The position numbers were made by a program, and so were the translations under genes. Positions 10,508 through 20,327 of a DNA stretch of 64,000 nucleotides are shown here, in pieces. The notes below the pieces were generated by a model. That model was not told where the DNA came from and searched no databases. It worked only from the letters and a program-made list of their open reading frames with translations. The stretch comes from an uncultured Gemmiger sp. (GTDB lineage Bacteria; Bacillota; Clostridia; Oscillospirales; Ruminococcaceae). Positions within the stretch are counted from its first letter, which is position 1. Every line of letters begins with the position of its first letter. Location: NCBI RefSeq assembly GCF_944388105.1, contig NZ_CALXHN010000002.1; one strand, given 5' to 3'.

Positions 10508-11608
10508 ATGAAACAGGTTCCGCTATATGAACAGATTCACGACACGATTTTGACCCAGATTGATACCGGGGTGTATCCTCCCGGGGAAAAACTGCCCTCT
10601 GAAAAGGAACTGGAAGGAATCTACCATGTCAGCCGGATCACAGCCAAAAAGGCCATGAATCTGCTGGCGGAAAGCGGGCGCATTGTGCGCATGCCGGGAA
10701 AGGGCTCCTTTGTGGCCGCCCATACGGCGGCCCTGCCGGGGGCTTCGGCGGGGCCATGCCCGCTCATCGGCCTGATCCTGGACGGCTTCAGCCCCAGCTT
10801 TGCCTACCATATCCTGCACAGCATTCAGTCGGTGTGCGAGGAGGAAGGCTACAGCCTGGTGCTGCGCTGTTCCGGCGGCAGCCTGGAACGGGAGACCAAA
10901 GCCATCGAAGACCTGGTGGCCCTGGGTGTCCGCGGTCTGATCATCATGTGCGTACATAATGAAAACTACAACGAGCGCATCCTGCAGCTGGTCATTGACA
11001 AATTCCCGGTGGTGACCATCGACCGGCAGCTCAAGGGGCTTTCCGTCCCCTTTGTGGGCACCGACAACGTCAGCGCTGCCCGGGAACTGACCCGCGGGCT
11101 GCTGGAACAGGGGTTCCGCCGCATCGCCTTTGTGCGGCCCGAAGCCCACGAGACCATCACCCTGCTGGATCGCCAGACCGGCTTTCAGCTGGCTTTCAAC
11201 GATTACGGCCTCATTGCCGATGAATCTCTCTGGATCACCAATCTCCGCTCCACCCTGCCGGAAAGCACCGGCGAGGAATACGGCAAACAGGATATTGCCA
11301 TTGTGGAGGAATACCTGCGCAGCCATCCCGAAACGGAGGCCTTCATGGCCAGTGAATACAATCTGGCGCGGATTCTGAAATACTGCCTGGAAAAGGCGGG
11401 GCGCTACCGCGAGGATATGATCGCCTGTTTCGACGGGCCGGAAGTGTTCCTGGGCGAAGCGGAATTCACCCATGTGGCGCAGGGAGAACGGGAAATCGGC
11501 CGTGCCAGCATGGAACTTCTGCTCAAAACCATCCGGGGGCAGGACCGTCCCATGGCTGTGCTGGCTCCCTATCGCATTATCCGACGAAACGAACGAAACT
11601 GGGGGTAA
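10508..11608 (+). CDS. GntR-HTH / LacI-type sensor transcriptional regulator
   Basis: N-terminal GEKLPSEKEL...VSRITAKKA GntR HTH fused to periplasmic-binding-like domain (VGTDNVSAA). Confidence 0.88.
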   Translation: MKQVPLYEQIHDTILTQIDTGVYPPGEKLPSEKELEGIYHVSRITAKKAMNLLAESGRIVRMPGKGSFVAAHTAALPGASAGPCPLIGLILDGFSPSFAYHILHSIQSVCEEEGYSLVLRCSGGSLERETKAIEDLVALGVRGLIIMCVHNENYNERILQLVIDKFPVVTIDRQLKGLSVPFVGTDNVSAARELTRGLLEQGFRRIAFVRPEAHETITLLDRQTGFQLAFNDYGLIADESLWITNLRSTLPESTGEEYGKQDIAIVEEYLRSHPETEAFMASEYNLARILKYCLEKAGRYREDMIACFDGPEVFLGEAEFTHVAQGEREIGRASMELLLKTIRGQDRPMAVLAPYRIIRRNERNWG

Positions 11609-11615
11609 CACGGGC

Positions 11616-12893
11616 ATGAAAATACCCGAAATCCTGCAACAAAAAGCCACGGAACTGGAACAATACTATCTCAGCCGGCTGCCGGAAGCGGCGCCGCTGG
11701 TCCGGCGGTGCTTCCTGAACACCATCGAGACCACCGTCAAGCACACCGGGGATGATTATTTCGTCATCACCGGGGATATCCCGGCCATGTGGCTGCGGGA
11801 TTCCACCTCCCAGATCTCCCATTATGTGCGGTATGCGGGGCAGGACCCGGATCTGCGGCAGATCGTGGAGGGGGTCCTGCGCCGTCAGGCCCGCATGGTG
11901 CTGGTGGATGCCTATGCCAACGCCTTCAATGAAACGCCCAACGGCCGCTGTTTTGCCCGGGACCGCACCGAGCACCATCCCCAGGTGTGGGAGCGCAAAT
12001 ACGAGGTGGACTCCCTGTGTGCACCGCTGTATCTGCTGCACCTGTACTGGAAGACCACCGGCCGCACCGGAATTTTTGATGGGGACATCCGCCGCATGAT
12101 CCTGCGTATCCGGGAAGTCTTTGCCTGCGAACAGCATCACGAAAATTCCGCCTATTCCTTTGAGCGCACCGGCTGTGTGGAGACCGATACGCTGCCCTGT
12201 GCCGGCCGGGGCAATCCGGTGGCGTACACCGGCATGACCTGGTCGGGGTTCCGGCCTTCGGATGACCGCTGCGTGTACGGGTATCTGATCCCCGCCCAGC
12301 TCATGGCCGTCAAAGCCCTGGAATTCGGGGCGGAGATGCTGCGGGCGGTGTACGGGGACGAGCCCTCCGCTTCCCGCTGCGCAGACCTCGCCGGTCAGAT
12401 CGAAGCCGGTGTGCGCCGGTACGGTCTGGTGGACCACCCCCGGTTCGGGCGCATGTATGCCTATGAGACGGACGGCCTGGGCCATTCTCTGCTCATGGAC
12501 GACGCCAACTGTCCCAGCCTTCTCTCCCTGCCCTATCTGGGCTGCACCACACCGGAAGATGAGGTGTACCGCAACACCCGCGCCTTTATCCTTTCGGAGG
12601 AAAATCCCTGTTATTTCCGGGGCCGGGTCCTGCGGGGCGTGGGCAGTCCGCACACCCCGCAAAATTATGTGTGGCCCATCGGCATCACCATGCAGGCGCT
12701 GACCAGCCGGGACCCGGCGGAGATCCGTTCCTGCCTGGAACTGCTGCTGGCCAGCCACGCCGGCACCGGCTACATGCACGAGTCGGTGCATGTGGACGAT
12801 CCCGCCCGCTATACCCGTTCCTGGTTTGCCTGGGCCAACAGCCTCTTTGCCGAACTGCTGATCCGCATCCGGGAGAGCGGAATGCTGGATTGA
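11616..12893 (+). CDS. GH125 exo-alpha-1,6-mannosidase
   Basis: TGDIPAMWLRDS, WERKYEVDSLC, MDDANCPSLL, GSPHT, WFAWANSLF motifs. Confidence 0.92.
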   Translation: MKIPEILQQKATELEQYYLSRLPEAAPLVRRCFLNTIETTVKHTGDDYFVITGDIPAMWLRDSTSQISHYVRYAGQDPDLRQIVEGVLRRQARMVLVDAYANAFNETPNGRCFARDRTEHHPQVWERKYEVDSLCAPLYLLHLYWKTTGRTGIFDGDIRRMILRIREVFACEQHHENSAYSFERTGCVETDTLPCAGRGNPVAYTGMTWSGFRPSDDRCVYGYLIPAQLMAVKALEFGAEMLRAVYGDEPSASRCADLAGQIEAGVRRYGLVDHPRFGRMYAYETDGLGHSLLMDDANCPSLLSLPYLGCTTPEDEVYRNTRAFILSEENPCYFRGRVLRGVGSPHTPQNYVWPIGITMQALTSRDPAEIRSCLELLLASHAGTGYMHESVHVDDPARYTRSWFAWANSLFAELLIRIRESGMLD

Positions 12894-12913
12894 ACATCCT
12901 GCCAGAAAACCAG

Positions 12914-12941
12914 GCCGGTGACGCTGCCGTCACCGGCTTTT
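12914..12941 (+). terminator. Intrinsic terminator of glycan operon
   Basis: GCCGGTGACG-ctgc-CGTCACCGGC-TTTT. Confidence 0.85.
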
Positions 12942-12961
12942 GTTCTGTCCCCGTGCGCCCC

Positions 12962-12989
12962 TTGGCAGAACGGGAAAACGTGCTATAAT
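12962..12989 (+). promoter_or_regulatory. Sigma-A-like promoter for YoaK gene
   Basis: TTGGCA-16 bp-TATAAT with extended TG. Confidence 0.6.
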
Positions 12990-13046
12990 GGAAATCACCT
13001 GACATGTGTTGTGGAAAAGAGGCTTCCTGTGGCAAAAAAGAACGAT

Positions 13047-13760
13047 ATGCAAAAACATTTTCTGACCTGTGAAAAAAACTGGGTCTACTTTACCCTGATC
13101 TGTGTGGCGGGGTTCTGGGGGGCTTATACCTATCTGCTGCGCGGGGGCATCTTCTGCAACGCCCAGACCGGCAACGTGGTGCTCATGGGTCTGGCCCTGG
13201 GTTCGGCCCAGTGGGGCAAGGCCCTGTATTACCTGGTGCCCATCTCGGCGTATATCCTGGGAGCCTTCGTCTCCGAACTGCTGCCCAATCCACTCAAACA
13301 CCGGCTGAAGGTCCGGTGGGACACCATCCTCATCTTCATTGAGATGCTGGCGGTGCTGGCGTTGGGGTTTGTGCCCGACTCCGCTCCGGTGCAGATCTCC
13401 CAGGTGGTCATCAACTTCATCGCCTCCATGCAGTACAATACCTTCCGGCAGGCGGAAGGGGTGGCGGTGGCCACCACCTTTGTCACCAACCACATCCGGC
13501 AGGTGGGGGTGGGGCTGGCCACCGAGCTGCGTCACCGGCATAACCCGGACAAGTCCCACCGCCGCAAATGGGGCCGCCATGCAGGGATGCTCTTCTTCTT
13601 CATCACGGGCGCCGTGGTGGGCACCGTCTGCGGCAACCTGCTGGGCGGGCGGTCCATCTGGGTCACGCTGCTGCCCCTGTGCGTCATCTTTGTCACCCTC
13701 CTCCATGCGGACCTGACCACCGAGCGGGCCCTGGTGGAACAGAAACCTTCCGGCCACTGA
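13047..13760 (+). CDS. YoaK/DUF1275-family membrane protein
   Basis: GGIFCNAQTGNVVL and TTFVTNHIR motifs, multiple TMs; start could instead be GTG 13029. Confidence 0.82.
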   Translation: MQKHFLTCEKNWVYFTLICVAGFWGAYTYLLRGGIFCNAQTGNVVLMGLALGSAQWGKALYYLVPISAYILGAFVSELLPNPLKHRLKVRWDTILIFIEMLAVLALGFVPDSAPVQISQVVINFIASMQYNTFRQAEGVAVATTFVTNHIRQVGVGLATELRHRHNPDKSHRRKWGRHAGMLFFFITGAVVGTVCGNLLGGRSIWVTLLPLCVIFVTLLHADLTTERALVEQKPSGH

Positions 13761-13770
13761 CGGCCGCAGC

Positions 13771-13802
13771 AAAAGGCAGGGAGCTTCTCCCTGCCTTTTT
13801 TT
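13771..13802 (+). terminator. Intrinsic terminator
   Basis: AAAAGGCAGGGAG-ctt-CTCCCTGCCTTTTTTT. Confidence 0.85.
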
Positions 13803-13932
13803 CATGGGTTCGGCTGTTTCCGGGCCGGTCCGGCAAAGGCTGCCCTTGCGCATCTCCCGTCCGGCGTACTATAATAAAACATAGCAAGGTGCAGTCGGGC
13901 GGAGCCCGGAACTGCAGACAAGGGGACGGCAG

Positions 13933-14904
13933 ATGAAAGTGGAGAAGATGCTTCCGGCCATCGGCGGGCTGCTGGTGGTGGGGATGCTGGCCGCGATCCT
14001 GATACCGCTGCTGTGGCTGCCGGGGGACCACTCCGCCGACCAGATCGAAAGCCAGCGGCTGATCGGTGCGACCTACATGACCATGAACAATCCCTTTTAC
14101 CAGGAACTGGATGCACGGCTGCAGGCGGCGGTGGAAGCCCGGGGCGACCGCCTCCTGACCCGGGACGGGGTCATGGACCAGGACCGCCAGAACCAGGAGA
14201 TCGCCGACCTGCTGGACATGGGGGTGTCGGCCATCCTTCTCAACCCGGTGGACTGGGAAAAGGTAAGCGACGGGCTGCAGATGGCGGCACAGGCCGGGGT
14301 GCCGGTCATCGTCATCGACGCCCCGGTGAAGGATGACAGCCTGGTGGCTTCCACCATCCTTTCGGACAATTACCAGGCGGGGGTGCAGTGCGCCGAGCAT
14401 CTGCTCAGCGTGCGGGATTCCGCCAACATTCTGCTGCTGGAACACATTACCGCCCGCTCCGGCGCCGACCGCATCCAGGGATTCCTGGACACCATTGCCG
14501 GACACGAAGGCTTTGCGGTGGTGGGGGCCGGCTCCTCCGACGGCCAGATCGAAAACGCCATGCCGGTGATGGAGCAGCTGCTGGCCGAACATCCGGAGGC
14601 GGACGTGGTCATGGCCCTGAACGATCCCAGTGCCCTGGGCGCCCTGGCCGCCATTGAAGGCGCCGGTCTCAGCGACAGGTTCCTGGTGTACGGGGTGGAC
14701 GGTTCCCCGGAGGGCAAGGTCCTGGTGGCCGACGGCCTGATGACCGCCACCAGCGCCCAGATGCTGGGCAAAATGGCTGAGACCGCCGTGGAACAGGCCT
14801 ATCTGGCCCTGGACGGCGGCACGCCGGAAAAGGAGATCGTGCTGCCGGTCACCCTGCTCACCCGGGACAATGTGGCTGATTACGGAACAGGCGGGTGGCA
14901 GTGA
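13933..14904 (+). CDS. RbsB-like sugar-binding protein (membrane-anchored)
   Basis: N-terminal TM, MNNPFY, SDNYQAG, VMALNDPSALGA, VYGVDG; promoter TTGCGC..TATAAT at 13846-13875. Confidence 0.88.
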   Translation: MKVEKMLPAIGGLLVVGMLAAILIPLLWLPGDHSADQIESQRLIGATYMTMNNPFYQELDARLQAAVEARGDRLLTRDGVMDQDRQNQEIADLLDMGVSAILLNPVDWEKVSDGLQMAAQAGVPVIVIDAPVKDDSLVASTILSDNYQAGVQCAEHLLSVRDSANILLLEHITARSGADRIQGFLDTIAGHEGFAVVGAGSSDGQIENAMPVMEQLLAEHPEADVVMALNDPSALGALAAIEGAGLSDRFLVYGVDGSPEGKVLVADGLMTATSAQMLGKMAETAVEQAYLALDGGTPEKEIVLPVTLLTRDNVADYGTGGWQ

Positions 14905-16229
14905 TGAAGCAGGATAAGACATTGCGCACCCTGCGCGGGTTGATGCTGGCCATCAATCTGGTGCTGGTGGTGTATTACTCCCTCATCCGCGGCCTGACCC
15001 CCCTGCGGGTAGCAGCCGGGTTTGAAGCCCGGGACTTTCTGGCGCAGGCCGGCATGGTTCCGGCCCCGCCCTGGCAGATGGCCGTGCTTTCCCTGGGGGT
15101 GTTCATCCCCCTGGCGGTGCTCATGCTGGGCAAGGACCATCTGCCTGCGGACCGTCCGGCGCTGCGCGCCTCGGTGTTTGCCGCCGAGATCCTGCTGGCG
15201 GCGGCGGAGGTCATCACCCTGGACTTCTATTACCGGGCGCTGTTCCTCATGGTGCTGGCGGACCTGGTCTCCACCGTGCAGGAACGCTATGGCCGGGTGT
15301 GCATCATTGCGGTGCTCACCCTGCTGTATGCCCTGTCGGATTATGACATCGCCTCGGCGGTCTTTCCCAGCATCCCCATGCGGCAGTACCTTTCGTACTA
15401 CACCGACGGATACCACAGCTGGTTCAGCGGGGTGGAAAGCCTGCTCACCTCCCTGCATGTGCTGCTCTTTGTGGTCTTTCTGGTACTGCTTTTCCTGGGC
15501 CAGAAGGCGGAAAACACCCGGGTACAGCAGCTGAACGCCCAGTTGCAGGAAAGCTACCGTCAGCTGCAGGAATACGCCGACAAGACCGCACATATGGCCG
15601 AACTGCGGGAGCGCAACCGGCTGGCCCGGGAGATCCACGACACCCTGGGCCATACCCTGACCGGGATCATCATGACCACCGATGCCAGCCTGGTGCTCAT
15701 GGATGCGGCGCCCGACCAGGCCAAACAGCAGCTGCAGCTGGCAAACCGGACCGCCCGGGAGGGGCTCAACGACGTGCGCCGCTCCATCAATGCCCTGCGG
15801 CCGGATGCCCTGGAACACAGCGACTTTGCCGAGGCGCTGGAAAATACCATCGAAAAGTTCTGCCTGACCACCTCGGCCCGGGTCACCTATGTGCAGAATG
15901 CGGGAGAACTGGATTTTGCCCCCGATGAGGAGGAGGCCATCTACCGTGTCATTCAGGAAAGCCTGACCAACGGGGTGCGCCACGGGCAGGCCCGCAACAT
16001 TGAAGTGCGGCTGGACCGGGAAGGGGATCAGCTGACCATCACGGTCCGGGACGACGGCATCGGCATGCCGGCGGGCAAAAAGGAAGGCTTCGGACTGCGG
16101 CATATGCGGGAGCGGCTGGAGCTGCTGCACGGAAGTCTGCGGTATGGCAATCGTCCGGCGGAGCAGGGCGGCGGTTTTGAACTGACCGCCCGCCTGCAGC
16201 CGCGGCAGAAAGGGGAGGAAAACATATGA
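14904..16229 (+). CDS. Sensor histidine kinase (HisKA_3, NarX/DesK type)
   Basis: Several TMs; ERNRLAREIHDTLGH H-box, QESLTNGVRH, DDGIG, GFGL; TGATG coupling with the SBP gene. Confidence 0.92.
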   Translation: MKQDKTLRTLRGLMLAINLVLVVYYSLIRGLTPLRVAAGFEARDFLAQAGMVPAPPWQMAVLSLGVFIPLAVLMLGKDHLPADRPALRASVFAAEILLAAAEVITLDFYYRALFLMVLADLVSTVQERYGRVCIIAVLTLLYALSDYDIASAVFPSIPMRQYLSYYTDGYHSWFSGVESLLTSLHVLLFVVFLVLLFLGQKAENTRVQQLNAQLQESYRQLQEYADKTAHMAELRERNRLAREIHDTLGHTLTGIIMTTDASLVLMDAAPDQAKQQLQLANRTAREGLNDVRRSINALRPDALEHSDFAEALENTIEKFCLTTSARVTYVQNAGELDFAPDEEEAIYRVIQESLTNGVRHGQARNIEVRLDREGDQLTITVRDDGIGMPAGKKEGFGLRHMRERLELLHGSLRYGNRPAEQGGGFELTARLQPRQKGEENI

Positions 16230-16894
16230 TCCGTGTGGTGATCGCGGACGATCAGGAATTGTTCTGCCAGAGCCTGAAGATCGTCCTCAACGTCAACCCC
16301 GATATGGAAGTGGTGGACACGGTGGGGGACGGCGGCGCTGCGGTGGAAAGCGTGGCCAGACACCGCCCCGACGTGGTGCTCATGGACATCCGCATGCCGG
16401 TGATGGACGGGGTGGAAGCCACCCGCACCATCAAGGAAAAATACCCCGCCACCAAGGTCATCGTGCTCACCACCTTTGCGGATGATGAGTATGTGTTCGG
16501 GGCCCTGAAGAACGGTGCCAGCGGCTACCTGCTCAAGGGTGCCGGGATCACCGAACTGGCCGAGGCCATCCGGGTGGCCCACAGCGGCGGCGCCATGGTC
16601 AACCCCAATATCGCCAGCAAGATGATCCAGCTGTTTTCCAGCATGGCCCACGGCGAAGGGGGCATCCCCGTGGAGGACCAGCGGGCTGCCAGCCTGACCA
16701 AAGGGGAGATCCCGGTGGTGCAGTCGGTGGGGCGCGGCCTTTCCAACAAGGAGATCGCCGCCGAACTTTGCCTGTCGGAAGGCACGGTGCGCAATATCAT
16801 CAGCACCGTGCTGGGCAAGCTGGGGCTGCGTGACCGCACCCAGCTGGCCATCTGGGCGGTGGAGACCGGCCTGCGGCGCCGGGACATCCCGTGA
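16226..16894 (+). CDS. NarL/LuxR-family response regulator
   Basis: VIADD, VLMDIRMP, LTTF receiver domain; GLSNKEIAAELCLSEGTVRN HTH. Confidence 0.93.
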   Translation: MIRVVIADDQELFCQSLKIVLNVNPDMEVVDTVGDGGAAVESVARHRPDVVLMDIRMPVMDGVEATRTIKEKYPATKVIVLTTFADDEYVFGALKNGASGYLLKGAGITELAEAIRVAHSGGAMVNPNIASKMIQLFSSMAHGEGGIPVEDQRAASLTKGEIPVVQSVGRGLSNKEIAAELCLSEGTVRNIISTVLGKLGLRDRTQLAIWAVETGLRRRDIP

Positions 16895-18201
16895 AGCGGC
16901 GCACGGCGGTCCTGCTGGGGGCCGCGGCGGTGGCGGCGGCAGTCGGGATAACAGCTGTACTCTGCCGCCCCCGGCAAGACACGGTGCTGCACCTGGGTGT
17001 CTTTTCGGGCAGCTACTGGGGCACCCCCAACGGCAGCAGCTATCAGGTGCTGGATGATGCCATCTCCCGGTTTGAGTCCAGCCACCCGGGGGTCCGGGTG
17101 GAGTATGAGAGCGGGATCCCCACCGATGAATACAGTGAGTGGCTGTCCGGCAAACTGCTGGCCGGGGAAGAGCCGGATCTCTTTTTTGTGCTGCCGGAAG
17201 ACTTTGGCCTGCTGGCCGAGACCGGGGCCCTGGCCCCGCTGGACTGGCTGATCGACGGCCAGAACGGGCTGGAACGCAGCATCTACTATGACGCCTGCCT
17301 GCAGGCGGGACTGTATGAGGGCAGCCAGCTGGCCCTGCCCTATGAGAGCGCGGCCATGGTCATGTTCGTCAACCGGACGCTGCTGGAAGAATACGGCATC
17401 CCCATGCCGGAAAATGACTGGACCTGGGATGATCTGTACACCATCTGCCGGACCATCGCCACCGCCCAGCCGGACAGTACCCAGCGGGATTACGGCATCT
17501 ACGGCTATACCTGGCAGAATGCGCTGTACGCCAACGGCAGCACCCTCTTTTCGGAGGATGGCAGGCAGTGTTACCTGTCCGACAGCCGGGTGACGGCAGC
17601 CATCCAGTTTGTCCAGGGGCTGAACGCCCTGGACGCCGGCTACACCGTCACCGCTCAGGACTTCGACACCGGCCATGTGGCCTTCCGCCCCTTCCTGTTC
17701 AGTGAGTATCGGGCCTACCAGCCCTATCCCTGGCGGGTCAAGAAATATTCCAGCTTTGTGTGGGACTGCCTGCGTATGCCCGCCGGCCCGGAGGGCGGCA
17801 ACACCAGTGAGCTGCATACGGTGCAGGTGGGCATCAGTGCCCGCAGTTCCCACACCGAGCTTGCCTGGGAACTGCTGTGCAGCCTGTGTGCCGACGAAGT
17901 CACCCAGGGACAGCTCTTCCTGCAGTCCCAGGGCATCTCGCCCCTGCGGGACGTGACCGAGAACACCGCCCTGCTGAACCGCATTTTTGCCGAGACCCAG
18001 GGCACCAGCACCTTCAACAGCGCCGCCATCGGCGAGATCATGCGCACCGCCGCCACGGTGCCCCAGTTTGCCGCCCGGGAACAGGCCGTTGCCATGGCGG
18101 AGACCGCGGTCTCCGGGGCCTTGGCGGACAATGCCTCCCTGACCACCTCTCTGGCGGCCGCCCAGCGGGAGATCGACCTCTACCTGCAGAATACGGGCTG
18201 A
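16891..18201 (+). CDS. Extracellular solute-binding protein (sugar, family 1)
   Basis: N-terminal hydrophobic anchor, PDLFFV, LALPY...MFVNRTLL, WTWDDL. Confidence 0.85.
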   Translation: MKRRTAVLLGAAAVAAAVGITAVLCRPRQDTVLHLGVFSGSYWGTPNGSSYQVLDDAISRFESSHPGVRVEYESGIPTDEYSEWLSGKLLAGEEPDLFFVLPEDFGLLAETGALAPLDWLIDGQNGLERSIYYDACLQAGLYEGSQLALPYESAAMVMFVNRTLLEEYGIPMPENDWTWDDLYTICRTIATAQPDSTQRDYGIYGYTWQNALYANGSTLFSEDGRQCYLSDSRVTAAIQFVQGLNALDAGYTVTAQDFDTGHVAFRPFLFSEYRAYQPYPWRVKKYSSFVWDCLRMPAGPEGGNTSELHTVQVGISARSSHTELAWELLCSLCADEVTQGQLFLQSQGISPLRDVTENTALLNRIFAETQGTSTFNSAAIGEIMRTAATVPQFAAREQAVAMAETAVSGALADNASLTTSLAAAQREIDLYLQNTG

Positions 18202-18231
18202 ACCCATCCCGAAAACTGAAGACAAACCGCA

Positions 18232-18280
18232 CCCCGGTTTCTTTTGTGAGTACCGCAAAAGGAACCGGGGCTTTCTTTTT
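18232..18280 (+). terminator. Intrinsic terminator
   Basis: CCCCGGTT..CTTTTG / CAAAAG..AACCGGGG stem followed by T run. Confidence 0.7.
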
Positions 18281-18374
18281 CTGCCCGGGAACGGTCCTGG
18301 GGTGTGCATTCTGCACAAAAAGCAAAAGCGGAATACGGTCAATCCGGCACTTTCACGGAAAAAATCGGAAAAAG

Positions 18375-18441
18375 CGTGACATTTGTCACGCCCAAGTCGT
18401 GACAAACTTCAGATGTGATCACGGCCCGGATTTTCTACAAT
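18375..18441 (+). promoter_or_regulatory. PTS operon promoter with palindromic operator candidates
   Basis: CGTGACA-TT-TGTCACG (18375-18390), half-site CGTGACAAA (18398-18406), GTGATCAC; -10 TACAAT (18436-18441) with no good -35. Confidence 0.55.
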
Positions 18442-18495
18442 AAAGACAACAAAAGAAAGCCGCCGCAAGGCAAAAAAATAAAGGAGAGATGAGTA

Positions 18496-18921
18496 ATGCG
18501 GTATCTTTTGCTGGTGGCCCACGGCGAGTTCGCACCGGGCCTGCACACGGCGCTCAACATGCTGGAAGGGGAGCGCGACGATGTGCTGGACATTCCCTTC
18601 CACGACGGCATGACCCAGGATGACTTCAAGGCGGAGATCCGGCAGGTCATTGCCCCCGTCACCGCCGACGATGAGGTGCTGGTCCTGGCCGACCTCATGG
18701 GCGGTTCCCCCCTCACCGGCCTGATGGAGCAGCTGGATGCCAAGGTGGGTCTGGACAAAGTCCGGGCCATCGGCGGCATGAACCTGCCCATGGCCATCTC
18801 GGCCTGCGAAGCCGAGGATATGGGCCTGGACGAAGCGGTCACCGCCATCCAGGCCGAAGCCGCCGAACAGATCCGCCCCTTTGCCGCCGCGGTGGATTCC
18901 GACGCGGACGACGACATCTGA
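18496..18921 (+). CDS. PTS mannose/fructose/sorbose family EIIA
   Basis: LLVAHGEFA (phospho-His), LADLMGGSP, GGMNLPM. Confidence 0.92.
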   Translation: MRYLLLVAHGEFAPGLHTALNMLEGERDDVLDIPFHDGMTQDDFKAEIRQVIAPVTADDEVLVLADLMGGSPLTGLMEQLDAKVGLDKVRAIGGMNLPMAISACEAEDMGLDEAVTAIQAEAAEQIRPFAAAVDSDADDDI

Positions 18922-18964
18922 GCCCCTTACACCCGTATACAAGCAAGAAGGAGGAAATCCCGTT

Positions 18965-19456
18965 ATGATCAGCTTCATTCGTATCGACGACCGTATGATC
19001 CATGGCCAGACCTGCACCCGCTGGGCGCTGGAATACCCCTGCACCGGTCTGGTAGCCGTCAACGACGCCGCCGCCAACAACTCCATCCTGTCCGCCGCCT
19101 ACAAGAACGCCTGCGACAAGAAGACCTTCGTCTGGACCCTGGATGCCTGGCAGAAGAAGAAGGACAAGGTGGTCGCCAGCAAGGACCAGTACTTCCTCAT
19201 CACCAAGAACCCGGTGGATATGGCCAAGGTCCTGCTGGACCAGCCCTTTGACCCCGGCATCCACACCATTATCGTCGGCCCCTGCAACGACCGTCCCGGG
19301 GCCATCAAGCTGGGCAACAACCAGAGTGTCACCCCGGAGGAGGCCGCTGCCTTTGAAAAGCTCATGGCCGCCGGCTACGACATCGAGTTTGCTCTCATCA
19401 AGGAAGCAGCCATTGGCAACTGGAAGAAGTTCCGCGGCCAGTTCGGCTACAAATAA
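18965..19456 (+). CDS. PTS mannose family EIIB
   Basis: IRIDDRMIHGQ motif; RBS GGAGG before ATG 18965. Confidence 0.92.
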   Translation: MISFIRIDDRMIHGQTCTRWALEYPCTGLVAVNDAAANNSILSAAYKNACDKKTFVWTLDAWQKKKDKVVASKDQYFLITKNPVDMAKVLLDQPFDPGIHTIIVGPCNDRPGAIKLGNNQSVTPEEAAAFEKLMAAGYDIEFALIKEAAIGNWKKFRGQFGYK

Positions 19457-19479
19457 TCATTTCTTGAGGAGGAATTTCC

Positions 19480-20325
19480 ATGACGATCAATGTATTTCAG
19501 GCGGCATTGCTGGGCCTGTGCGCCTGCCTGTCGTCCATGCCGGGCATGGGCGGCACGACCTTCGGTAACTATACCCTGGGCCGTCCGCTGGTAGCCGGCC
19601 TGGTCGTTGGCCTGATCCTGGGCAACGTGCCCATGGGCATTTTCCTGGGTGCTGCGGTGCAGCTGGTCTACATCGCGCTGGTCACCCCCGGCGGCACGGT
19701 CTCTGCGGACGTGCGCGCCATCTCCTACATCGGCATCCCTCTGGCCATGCTGTATGTCAGCGCTGCAGGGCTTGACCCCGCCACCTCCGCCGCCCAGGAT
19801 ATGGCCGTGACCCTGGCCTCCACCGTGGGCACCCTGGGCACCGTGCTGTTCTACGGCACCGCCACCGTCAACCTGGTGTGGCAGCACATCGGCTGGCGCA
19901 ATGTGGAAAAGGGCAACCTGAAGAGCCTGTACCTGGTGGATATGGTCTTCCCCTGGATCTCCCACATCCTGTGCTCCTTCATCCCCACCTTCATCATCTG
20001 CTACTTCGGCTCCAACATGGTCCAGCTGATCCAGAGCTACCTGCCCATGGACGGCATCATCATGAAGACCCTGTTCACTGTCGGCTCTCTGCTGCCGGCC
20101 GTCGGTGTTGCGATCCTGCTCAAGCAGGTCGTCACCAGCCCGAAGGACTTCCTGACCTTCTTCTTTGGCTTTACCCTGTGCGGCTGCATGGGCCTGAACC
20201 TGATCGGCTGCGCCATCGTGGCCGGCTTCTTCGCCCTGATCAAGTACCAGATCAGCTGCGCTGCCCTGCGTCCGGCGGCCGTCGGCACCGCCTCCGGGGA
20301 CGATGATGACGAGGAGGATATCTGA
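19480..20325 (+). CDS. PTS mannose family EIIC
   Basis: RPLVAGLVVGLILG, hydrophobic, TPGG motif. Confidence 0.9.
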   Translation: MTINVFQAALLGLCACLSSMPGMGGTTFGNYTLGRPLVAGLVVGLILGNVPMGIFLGAAVQLVYIALVTPGGTVSADVRAISYIGIPLAMLYVSAAGLDPATSAAQDMAVTLASTVGTLGTVLFYGTATVNLVWQHIGWRNVEKGNLKSLYLVDMVFPWISHILCSFIPTFIICYFGSNMVQLIQSYLPMDGIIMKTLFTVGSLLPAVGVAILLKQVVTSPKDFLTFFFGFTLCGCMGLNLIGCAIVAGFFALIKYQISCAALRPAAVGTASGDDDDEEDI

Positions 20326-20327
20326 CC

